DNA of 48,224 bases, taken from the IMG/VR virus record IMGVR_UViG_3300045988_113942. One strand, given 5' to 3'. The position numbers were made by a program, and so were the translations under genes. Origin of the DNA: a virus. Shown piece after piece: positions 7,488 through 13,973 of the stretch (position 1 is its first letter; each line of letters begins with the position of its first letter). The notes beneath the pieces are model-generated. The model was not told the DNA's origin, did not search any database, and was given only the letters and a program-made list of their open reading frames with translations.

Positions 7488-7958
7488 CTAACACAGAACG
7501 TCCCTAAAGTCAAATACCTGGAAGGTGCCGTTTTCAACTTTTACTGAACCCGTGACGCCGTATCCTGCGAGAACTCCCGTGAAGATTTCGCACATGGTGC
7601 CAGCGGGCAAAGTTAGATAGTTGTATTCGCGCTTACCATCCCCACCATCTTTACACAGGAGGGGGAGTGAAAGGCGCTTGTAGCTCAGTGTGTAAAGCAT
7701 GTCGCACTTAGCCCAACACTTCAAGCTAGGGTACGCAGGAGAAATAGGTGCACAAAGATTGATTTCAACGTTGTAAGAGCGTTTTACCATCGGCTCTGTT
7801 GTGCTCAAGGGTACGAGCGTGGCATATCCGAAGCGATTGCGGTCCTTTGGCGAAATGCACACCACGGGGCGTCGCTTGACCATTTCTGGCTTTTCGAAGT
7901 CTTTCGGGAAATCGCAGATCAAGATTTGCCCGATTGCCGGTTGGAAACGGATAGGCAT
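7488..7958 (-). CDS. PemK/MazF-superfamily protein (YifN-like) with no adjacent antitoxin ORF
   Basis: N-terminus AIGQILICDFPKDFEKPEMVKRRPVVCISPKDRNRFGYATLVPLSTTEP follows the PemK pattern G.I...DF....E..K.RP.V.IS....VPL(S/T). Confidence 0.6.
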   Translation of the reverse strand: MPIRFQPAIGQILICDFPKDFEKPEMVKRRPVVCISPKDRNRFGYATLVPLSTTEPMVKRSYNVEINLCAPISPAYPSLKCWAKCDMLYTLSYKRLSLPLLCKDGGDGKREYNYLTLPAGTMCEIFTGVLAGYGVTGSVKVENGTFQVFDFRDVLC

Positions 7959-8356
7959 GCAAATTTATCCTTGGCAAAGTGAGATGTCAGCAATTGTACG
8001 TGAAAGCCCATCGAAGCGTCCTTGGTAAAGACGCTTCGATCGGCTTTCACACGAGACTCGGGTGTGCTCCTGCCGGCTGCTTGATCTTGCGATCCGTACC
8101 CCGGAGGCCCCTACGCGGGCGGCTGTGCCATCCCGTGCTAGCTACATGCAGGTCGTCGTAGCTCGCTCGCACTCGCCCGGCTGCCGTGCCGAGGTCTTAG
8201 CGGTCCGGGACCCTTCCTCCCTTTGCTCCTCACAGCCGGCGGGTTAGGCCATTTGTGGAGAGGTTGCGTCTATTCAAGCGCTCTCACGTGTTGCTCTTTG
8301 CAGGTGCCCGCAACAGCGCTTGAATAGACCGCCTGAACAACAGGCGGAGAATTCGT
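7959..8356 (-). ncRNA. Candidate structured untranslated RNA / long 5' leader of the PemK-like gene
   Basis: About 400 bp with no ORF of 60 aa or more on the transcribed (minus) strand. The region is GC-rich and contains a 20-bp hairpin (8000-8050), a 15-bp perfect inverted repeat (8268-8282 / 8315-8329) and a 7-bp hairpin (8331-8349). Confidence 0.35.
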
Positions 8357-8515
8357 TCACTTAAGAATCGTGAGAACCAGTACGGCAATGGCCGGGATGG
8401 CGAGCATCGCGCCGAAGAACAGGTTGACGCCGAACTCGATCGTGTCTTCATCCGTGAGCGTGCGCGGGTCGGCGCTGGGCGTCGAAGCGAAGAAGAAGTT
8501 GGCGAGCTTGGACAT
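8357..8515 (-). CDS. Small membrane protein (52 aa, below the ORF-track cutoff)
   Basis: Hand translation gives MSKLANFFFASTPSADPRTLTDEDTIEFGVNLFFGAMLAIPAIAVLVLTILK. AGGAG lies upstream of the ATG at 8515. Confidence 0.4.
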   Translation of the reverse strand: MSKLANFFFASTPSADPRTLTDEDTIEFGVNLFFGAMLAIPAIAVLVLTILK

Positions 8516-8524
8516 GGTTGACTC

Positions 8525-8770
8525 CTAGAGAGACTGGAGAATCTGGTTGACGTTGCGGGCGACCTGCGAGTACTTCTGAGTGATCGTCCTTTGTGCCCTG
8601 ATTGAGGGCGTCGTGAGCATGTAGAACGTGAGCTCCTGTGCGGCCGTGAAGTCCGCCATTGTGGCGACCAGCACGTCGTGGACGAGGCATGCGTCGCGGC
8701 CGAGGCATGCGTCGCGGCCGAGGCGGTGAAGGCGGATGGCCAGCACTTGATCGAACTCGGCGGCCTTCAT
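8525..8770 (-). CDS. Hypothetical protein containing an in-frame 18-bp tandem repeat
   Basis: 81-aa ORF; LGRDAC occurs twice, encoded by 8683-8718. Confidence 0.45.
   Translation of the reverse strand: MKAAEFDQVLAIRLHRLGRDACLGRDACLVHDVLVATMADFTAAQELTFYMLTTPSIRAQRTITQKYSQVARNVNQILQSL
8683..8724. repeat. 18-bp tandem repeat cgaggcatgcgtcgcggc, 2.3 copies
   Basis: Direct read: 8683-8700 equals 8701-8718, followed by a partial third copy. Confidence 0.9.
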
Positions 8771-9096
8771 TCCCTCTCATCCCTGAGAAGGCGGTAGATC
8801 TGGATCGCGATCGCATACTCCATCGCGCCTGTCTCGACCCTCATTTCGCTCGCAAAGACGTTGTCCGGCGAGGCGGTGAAGGAGCGGGACGTGATGACGA
8901 AGAAGTCCGCCAGATCGTTCAGAAGGCACGTAGCGGCGAAGGGATCGCGCTTGGTGATGTCGCGGATGAGCTCGTGCACGCCCCAGATGTCGAGCTTCTG
9001 GAGCTCTTCGGTGATGAGGTAGAGGTCGGCTTCATCAAGGCCGTATGCGCTGGAGATGCGGGCGTCGATGCAGGCGCGGAAGTCGTCGAAGGTCAT
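8767..9096 (-). CDS. Hypothetical protein, first gene of the early-left operon
   Basis: 109-aa ORF immediately downstream of the PL-like promoter. Confidence 0.55.
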   Translation of the reverse strand: MTFDDFRACIDARISSAYGLDEADLYLITEELQKLDIWGVHELIRDITKRDPFAATCLLNDLADFFVITSRSFTASPDNVFASEMRVETGAMEYAIAIQIYRLLRDERE

Positions 9097-9107
9097 GGTG
9101 TTCTCTT

Positions 9108-9139
9108 GCAGAAAATCGGAAAACCGTTTGTGTTTTCCG
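9108..9139 (-). promoter_or_regulatory. Leader hairpin / attenuator between PL and the first early-left gene
   Basis: On the minus-strand RNA, an 8-bp stem cggaaaac/gttttccg with a 7-nt loop is followed by attttct. Confidence 0.4.
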
Positions 9140-9146
9140 TAGTCCT

Positions 9147-9177
9147 TATATTACGGCAAACCGTAATGCGCCTGCAA
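9147..9177 (-). promoter_or_regulatory. PL-like promoter with an embedded operator
   Basis: Minus strand reads TTGCAG-18 nt-TAATAT. The spacer holds the palindrome TACGGtttgCCGTA, 5 nt after the -35, the same geometry as PR. Confidence 0.55.
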
Positions 9178-9184
9178 GCAAAAG

Positions 9185-9198
9185 TTTCGGTATCCCGC
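9185..9198. promoter_or_regulatory. Weaker operator-like site (TTTCGGTATCCCGC)
   Basis: Matches the consensus T(A/T)CGG-N4-CCG(T/C)A derived from the four copies. Confidence 0.35.
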
Positions 9199-9225
9199 AA
9201 TGCACTTAACCGAAATCAAAGAAAC

Positions 9226-9251
9226 GTAAAAAAGCCCGCGCAAGGCGGGCT
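9226..9251 (-). terminator. Rho-independent terminator of the repressor gene
   Basis: Stem agcccgc / gcgggct. The minus-strand RNA continues with ttttttac. Confidence 0.7.
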
Positions 9252-9278
9252 ATAGGACGGTGGAAGGTGGTATGGGCG

Positions 9279-9992
9279 TTAGAGCCAGCTACCGCCGGAG
9301 CGGTCGCGGACGCGGCCGATGAGGTGGAATGTCTGCATGTCGGCGCCGGAAATCGTCTCGTCGGGCACCTCCGGATTGAGCGACTGGATGAGCAGTCCAT
9401 TGATGAGGGAGCGCAGGACCTTGACCCTCATCTTGCCGTGAATCATGAATACGTAGACCTTGCCACTGATGATGTCGGTCGGCGTGCAGTCCACAAGGAT
9501 CTTGTCGCCGTCCCACAGGTAGGGCTCCATGCTGTCGCCGTGGACCTCGAAGGTCTTGCAGTTCTCGGGGTTGATCTGGTGAAGCTGAAACCACGAGCGG
9601 GGCTTGATGAAGCCGCATTCCTTGCCGTCAACTTCTTCAAAGACGGGGTTTTCGTTGCCGGGGCCAGCAGATGCTTGCACATGGTACTGAGGGATCACGA
9701 TGTAGTTAGGGTCTGGGAGCGCCGCGCCTTCGCCTGTGTCCTCATAGACCTGTACCGAGGTCGAGCGCATGGCGCCGATGCCTTCAGCGAGCCAGGACGC
9801 ATTGACGCCGAGGTACTCGGCTGCGCGTAGGGCGTGCTTGTAGTTGATTGCCTTCGTCTTTCCCGAGAACCAGTCCGTCATGGATGACGGACTCAGACCG
9901 CAGTGCTTTGCGAGGCCAGCCTTGTTCTTGTAAGGGGCGGTCAACTGGGCGGCCTCAAGAGCTTCCGCCAATCGTGTCGAGAGCGTGCTCAT
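9279..9992 (-). CDS. CI/LexA-like repressor (XRE HTH plus S24 peptidase domain)
   Basis: N-terminal HTH (KAGLAKHCGLSPSSMTDWFSGK). C-terminal S24 motifs VHGDSMEP and a later Lys (GKMRVKVL). Divergent from the cro-like gene. Confidence 0.9.
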   Translation of the reverse strand: MSTLSTRLAEALEAAQLTAPYKNKAGLAKHCGLSPSSMTDWFSGKTKAINYKHALRAAEYLGVNASWLAEGIGAMRSTSVQVYEDTGEGAALPDPNYIVIPQYHVQASAGPGNENPVFEEVDGKECGFIKPRSWFQLHQINPENCKTFEVHGDSMEPYLWDGDKILVDCTPTDIISGKVYVFMIHGKMRVKVLRSLINGLLIQSLNPEVPDETISGADMQTFHLIGRVRDRSGGSWL

Positions 9993-10012
9993 AGTCTTTC
10001 TCCGTGTCTAGG

Positions 10013-10026
10013 TTTCGGCATACCTT
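10013..10026. promoter_or_regulatory. Operator-like site over the PRM start region (TTTCGGCATACCTT)
   Basis: A degenerate copy of the operator consensus, just downstream of the PRM -10 on the minus strand. Confidence 0.35.
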
Positions 10027-10027
10027 A

Positions 10028-10056
10028 AACATAGTTGAGGGTGTGTTGCCTGTCAA
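10028..10056 (-). promoter_or_regulatory. PRM-like promoter for the repressor
   Basis: Minus strand reads TTGACA (10056-10051), a 17-nt spacer, then TATGTT (10033-10028). Confidence 0.5.
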
Positions 10057-10075
10057 TTACGGAATACCGTATACT
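10046..10075 (+). promoter_or_regulatory. PR-like promoter with an embedded operator
   Basis: TTGCCT (10046-10051), an 18-nt spacer, then TATACT (10070-10075). The palindrome TACGGaataCCGTA (10058-10071) overlaps the -10. Confidence 0.55.
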
Positions 10076-10110
10076 AGCTCCGTAGCATCATTTCACCTTC
10101 CCGAACTGAT

Positions 10111-10338
10111 ATGCAAGAGAACAAGCTCAAAAAGCCGAGAAGGCTCGATCCTGCCTTCAGCGCCCGCGTCATCGACGAGCTGGGCGGCACCAGCGCTGTC
10201 GCTCGTATCTGCGGCGTCACGCCGTCAAGCGCCAGTGAGTGGAAAGTGGACGGCATCTCTCGCGGCTACTTCATGTACCTGCGCGAGCGCTTCTCCCACC
10301 TTCCCATCATGCGCGAGAAGACCGCGCGCGACTTCTGA
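10111..10338 (+). CDS. Cro/YdaS-like HTH regulator
   Basis: LGGTSAVARICGVTPSSASEWK is an HTH. It is the first gene rightward of the divergent promoters. Confidence 0.7.
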   Translation: MQENKLKKPRRLDPAFSARVIDELGGTSAVARICGVTPSSASEWKVDGISRGYFMYLRERFSHLPIMREKTARDF

Positions 10339-10357
10339 TCCGACTGTCGGAGGTCCT

Positions 10358-11134
10358 ATGAACTACTACCCGCACAACATCGGCGACTTTGCCATTGAGA
10401 CGAAGTACATGACCTTTGAGCAGAAGGGCATCTACGTCGACTTGCTCGACCGCTATCTATCCACTGGCAAGCCACTGGCTACCCAGTGGGTCGCGGCAAT
10501 CGAGCGACTGGCTAGCGACGGTGCCGTGAAGTCGGTTTTGACCCTCTGTTTTGAGGAAAAAGACGGCTTCTACTACCACGCAGGGTGCGAAAAACTGCTC
10601 GCCGACTATGCCGCAACGGTCGAAAAGAACCGCCGGAACGCCAGAAGCCGCTCGAAGAGGACTTCCGAAACCGTTGAAGACGAACAGTTTGAACCCAGTG
10701 GCAACCCAGTGTCAGCCCAGTCGCTAGCCACTGGGGTACCTAACCAAGAACCAATAACCAATAACCAAGAACCAATAACCAGTAACCAGAAACCAGAAAA
10801 AGAGGAAGCGCGGTCAAAGCCCGCGCGTCGTCCCGCGCCGAAGCTTGTCAAGCCGGAAGGCGTCTCGGACGGGGTCTGGGATGAATGGCAAGCCCTCAAG
10901 CGAAAGCTTTGCAAGTCCTGCTCACAGCGCATGGTCGACGCGATTGACCGTGAAGCCCAAAAGGCAGGCATGACGGTTGAGGAGGCAATGGTCTATCAGC
11001 TCGAAAAAGGCTGGAAGGGCTTTGAGGCCGAATGGGTCCTCCGTGACCGAGGGCAGTTTTCCGATCAACCCAAATCTCAAACCAAATTCGTCCTCCGCGA
11101 AAAGCGGCAGGAAGACCGCAGATACGGACTTTGA
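10358..11134 (+). CDS. DUF1376 (YdaU-like) replication initiation-associated protein
   Basis: MNYYPHNIGDFAIETKYMTFEQKGIYVDLLDRY is the DUF1376 N-terminal signature. GGAGG precedes the ATG at 10358. The longer track ORF from 10004 was rejected. Confidence 0.75.
   Translation: MNYYPHNIGDFAIETKYMTFEQKGIYVDLLDRYLSTGKPLATQWVAAIERLASDGAVKSVLTLCFEEKDGFYYHAGCEKLLADYAATVEKNRRNARSRSKRTSETVEDEQFEPSGNPVSAQSLATGVPNQEPITNNQEPITSNQKPEKEEARSKPARRPAPKLVKPEGVSDGVWDEWQALKRKLCKSCSQRMVDAIDREAQKAGMTVEEAMVYQLEKGWKGFEAEWVLRDRGQFSDQPKSQTKFVLREKRQEDRRYGL
10742..10796. repeat. Iteron-like repeats inside the replication gene (21-bp unit, 2.5 copies, built from a 7-bp AACCA period)
   Basis: aaccaagaaccaataaccaat / aaccaagaaccaataaccagt / aaccagaaaccag... 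Confidence 0.8.
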
Positions 11135-11988
11135 ACATGCAGCAGATTTCTGAACTTTCGCAAGCCATCCCGGCATCGAAAACCGAAACGTTTACTTGCC
11201 CCATTCACGGTGACATGGTCTATGAGACCTATCGCCTGCCGGATGGATCCTGGAAGGCTCCGTACTGCCCGAAGTGCCGAGCCCTCGAGCTCGAGCATAC
11301 CCAGCTCATCAACCGCCTGAAGTCCGAGAACGACACTCGAGCCAAGGAGCTTCGCCAGACGTTCTCGACGCCTCTCCCGCTCGACTATGAGTTCGCGTCT
11401 TTCGACACCTATTTCCCCGAAAGCGACGAGGAATGCAAAAACATCGCCGTCTGCCGACGCTTCGCAGAGCGCTTCATGGAGCGTGAGCTCGAGCGTGAAA
11501 AGGCTCATGAAGCTCAACAGCACGACTGGCAGACGCTCAACTCTATTGGGCTTTTCTTTCAGGGTAACTACGGCTCCGGCAAGACGCATCTGGCTTACTC
11601 GATCCTCAAGCGCCTGCAGGCCGACGGTATGACCGGCTTCTACATCACGATCCCCGATCTCTTTGACCGCCTCTCCGACCGCGTGAACGTGATCGACCTT
11701 CCGAAGATGATGGCCAAGCTCACCATGGTGACCTGTCTCGTCCTCGACGAGATCGGTGTCCAGTCCGGCAGCGAGTATGAGAAAAAGCGCCTCTTCCAGA
11801 TCATCGATGGTCGCATCAAGAACGGCCGCCCCACGATCCTCATCAGCAACCTTGACCGCGACGAACTCAAGGCGCTCCTTACGCCGCGCGTCATGAGCCG
11901 CATCAAGGCCAGTGTCTACCCGCTCACCTTCACGGGCCGATCCCGTCGAATCGAAGTGGCCAATAACAAAGCCGAGGACATCTTCTGA
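11131..11988 (+). CDS. DnaC/IstB-like AAA+ helicase loader with an N-terminal zinc ribbon
   Basis: Walker A GNYGSGKTHLA, Walker B LVLDEIG, and CPIHG...CPKC near the N-terminus. Confidence 0.85.
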   Translation: MNMQQISELSQAIPASKTETFTCPIHGDMVYETYRLPDGSWKAPYCPKCRALELEHTQLINRLKSENDTRAKELRQTFSTPLPLDYEFASFDTYFPESDEECKNIAVCRRFAERFMERELEREKAHEAQQHDWQTLNSIGLFFQGNYGSGKTHLAYSILKRLQADGMTGFYITIPDLFDRLSDRVNVIDLPKMMAKLTMVTCLVLDEIGVQSGSEYEKKRLFQIIDGRIKNGRPTILISNLDRDELKALLTPRVMSRIKASVYPLTFTGRSRRIEVANNKAEDIF

Positions 11989-12278
11989 TGAATCAACCCA
12001 ACAAAAAGCCCACGGACTTCACCTTCTTCCAACTCTGCGACCGTTACCCCGTCTTTTCTGACATCAACACGAGGAATCGGCAGGCTACAGAGCTCTGGGA
12101 TGAGGTCACTGGGGATCGAATCCAAGTCGAGACGGTCGGCACCACGACCAGAGTCAAGAGAATCCGCGCAGGAGAGGACCGCGCTTTCGTCCTCGAGGTC
12201 TTCAAGGCATCGAGCCGAGACGCGGCACGAAACAAGCACTACGGCGTCGTAGGACGCATCCAGAGACAGGGGATCTAG
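11988..12278 (+). CDS. Hypothetical protein
   Basis: 96-aa ORF with an ATGA overlap with the upstream stop. Confidence 0.5.
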   Translation: MNQPNKKPTDFTFFQLCDRYPVFSDINTRNRQATELWDEVTGDRIQVETVGTTTRVKRIRAGEDRAFVLEVFKASSRDAARNKHYGVVGRIQRQGI

Positions 12279-12558
12279 ACGCGGGAAGAAAGGAAATGTT
12301 CGCAGGAAACGACGTCGACGCGATCTGGATGGAACAGTGGCCCATTCGGGCACTGTCGAGATGTTGAACATGACGGCTTCTCCGTGAGGTGGTTGATAGG
12401 CTGTCTGGGGAGACACCTTCAATCATCTCACGGGGGACCTAGAAAGGAGGAGGAATGGATGCGATTGAGTGTTTGATTGGCCTGGTGTTGCTCTTCGCGA
12501 TGTACGTGGCTTGGGTATTCGAAGGAGATGACTGGAATGAATGAAAAAAGGAGGGGGC

Positions 12559-12714
12559 ATGAAAGAAAGTGACGAATATCGCCTCGGACGATCTGCCGCA
12601 TTGCGTGGTGAGTCGATGGCGAAATACCAGAGCCTCACGGCTCGAATGAATCCCAAAAAGAGAGCAGCCTTCATTCAAGGCTATTACGACGGACTGAGGA
12701 GAAAGGAAAAATGA
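12559..12714 (+). CDS. Small hypothetical protein (51 aa, below the track cutoff)
   Basis: Hand translation gives MKESDEYRLGRSAALRGESMAKYQSLTARMNPKKRAAFIQGYYDGLRRKEK. GGAGGGGG precedes the ATG, and the stop overlaps the rusA ATG (ATGA). Confidence 0.35.
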   Translation: MKESDEYRLGRSAALRGESMAKYQSLTARMNPKKRAAFIQGYYDGLRRKEK

Positions 12715-13130
12715 TTGGTTTCACGATTGAGGGGGCTCCAGTCCCCAAAGGACGCCCGCGCTTCACGCGCACTGGGCATACGTTCACACCGGCCAAGACG
12801 CGTCAATACGAAGCTCTGGTGACGGCAAGAGCAAGGGAAGCCATGATCGGCAAGAGAAAGATCGAAAAACCGAACGCAGTGCGCGTTGACATTCTCGCTG
12901 TGTTCCCTGTACCCGCATCGTGGTCGAAAAAACGCCGTCTGGCGGCTCTGCAAGGTGTCGAGCATCACGTCTCAAAGCCGGACCTTGACAACGTGCAGAA
13001 GGCGATCCTGGACGGCATGAACGGGATCGTTTTTGAGGACGACTCGCAGGTGATCGACAGTCGGACCAGAAAGGCATACGGACCCGAGCCGGGGGTAAAA
13101 GTTTTTATTGATGAGGTGAAGCATGGATGA
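12711..13130 (+). CDS. rusA: RusA Holliday-junction resolvase
   Basis: GAPVPKGRPRFTR, KPDLDNVQKAILDGMNGIVFEDDSQV. Confidence 0.9.
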   Translation: MIGFTIEGAPVPKGRPRFTRTGHTFTPAKTRQYEALVTARAREAMIGKRKIEKPNAVRVDILAVFPVPASWSKKRRLAALQGVEHHVSKPDLDNVQKAILDGMNGIVFEDDSQVIDSRTRKAYGPEPGVKVFIDEVKHG

Positions 13131-13344
13131 TGCTGACCGAGCCGCCAGAAGCGATGAATGGATCATGCGTGCGGCGATAGAGGAGAGAAAGCCAGAGGGA
13201 CCGAGCCCGGTTCTCGTGAGCTTGTGTTTGAACTGCGGAAAGGTCATTGAGAGAGTGCCCGCATCCGCTAATGGAGTGAAAAACGTTCGACGTTGGTGCT
13301 GTGCAGCCTGCCGCGATGAGTGGGAAGAGGAACATGAACGCTGA
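13123..13344 (+). CDS. Small C4 zinc-finger protein (TraR/DksA-like pattern)
   Basis: CLNCG...18 aa...CCAAC. Confidence 0.45.
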   Translation: MDDADRAARSDEWIMRAAIEERKPEGPSPVLVSLCLNCGKVIERVPASANGVKNVRRWCCAACRDEWEEEHER

Positions 13345-13756
13345 AGAAAAGATTCTCGAAGACCGTCTGATCAACTGGGGACGGTGGAACCAAGACCCGA
13401 AGCGACAGGGACGCTCTCCGCTCTGTGCCTTCATGGAAGCCGTGCCGAACGATGAGAAAGACAATGACGCGCCGGTCGAACGGCATGACGGACCGCCGCC
13501 GGTGGATGTCAGCGATGCCCTGCTTGTACAGAGGGCGTGGGAACGTCTTCCGGTTGCGCCGGAACGCTACAGAAAGGCGAAGATGGTTGTCGGTGTTGCA
13601 TACGCCTTCAACGTGCCTTTCATGGACCTGAAGCGCATCCTGAGGAAGTATCACCGCATCAATCTCCATGAGCGGGAGTTTGATGGCCTGGTGGAGATGG
13701 GTAGAAAGATGATTCGAAACAATCTTCTCAAAATCGAAGGCATGCCACCAAAATGA
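13334..13756 (+). CDS. Putative late-gene regulator (Q-antiterminator-like)
   Basis: The LEDRLINWGRWN motif and the position after rusA and before the terminase region mirror lambdoid Q. A strong hairpin lies 45 nt downstream. Confidence 0.45.
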   Translation: MNAEEKILEDRLINWGRWNQDPKRQGRSPLCAFMEAVPNDEKDNDAPVERHDGPPPVDVSDALLVQRAWERLPVAPERYRKAKMVVGVAYAFNVPFMDLKRILRKYHRINLHEREFDGLVEMGRKMIRNNLLKIEGMPPK

Positions 13757-13799
13757 GTTATACTCAGCAGTAACAATTTGAAGCTGTGTGATCAGCGGG

Positions 13800-13846
13800 G
13801 CCGTTTTCTGGGATAGGTGCATCTTCAGAAAACGGCATGCCTTTTT
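13800..13846 (+). terminator. Strong hairpin plus T-run downstream of the Q-like gene (tR'-like)
   Basis: 11-bp stem gccgttttctg / cagaaaacggc (13800-13836), then ggcatgcc ttttt. Confidence 0.5.
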
Positions 13847-13973
13847 GCGTAGGTGGGGTTGGATTCTAAAGAATGAGCCTGTTGGAGATTTCTTGCGGGC
13901 TTTTTTATTTAAAAACCACTTTATTATGCTGCTTCAATGATATGTGTGATTTTTTTCATGCTAAGAGGTAGGT

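Noticed and set aside
8202-8220. The minus-strand motif GGAGGAAGGGTCCCGGACC resembles the RNase P RNA P4 region (GAGGAAAGUCCGGGC). Weak SRP-RNA-like strings are also present.
   Set aside because: No other conserved RNase P or SRP elements surround it, and the spacing is wrong. This is most likely chance similarity in GC-rich sequence.
7979-8247. Plus-strand ORFs 7979-8161 and 8062-8247 in the ORF-free spacer.
   Set aside because: - They lie opposite to the operon direction and have no RBS.
- Their composition is Arg/Cys/Ser-rich and random-looking.
- They overlap each other.
7959-9096. Retron, DGR or type III toxin-antitoxin interpretation of the structured region and its repeats.
   Set aside because: - No reverse transcriptase gene exists anywhere in the window.
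- There is no tandem array of antitoxin-type repeats of about 36 nt.
- The 18-bp tandem repeat lies in-frame inside a CDS.
10004-10357. N-terminal extension of the replication-gene ORF (the track ORF starts at 10004).
   Set aside because: - It would begin inside the divergent promoter region and overlap the whole cro-like gene in another frame.
- The DUF1376 signature starts at the ATG at 10358, which has its own GGAGG.
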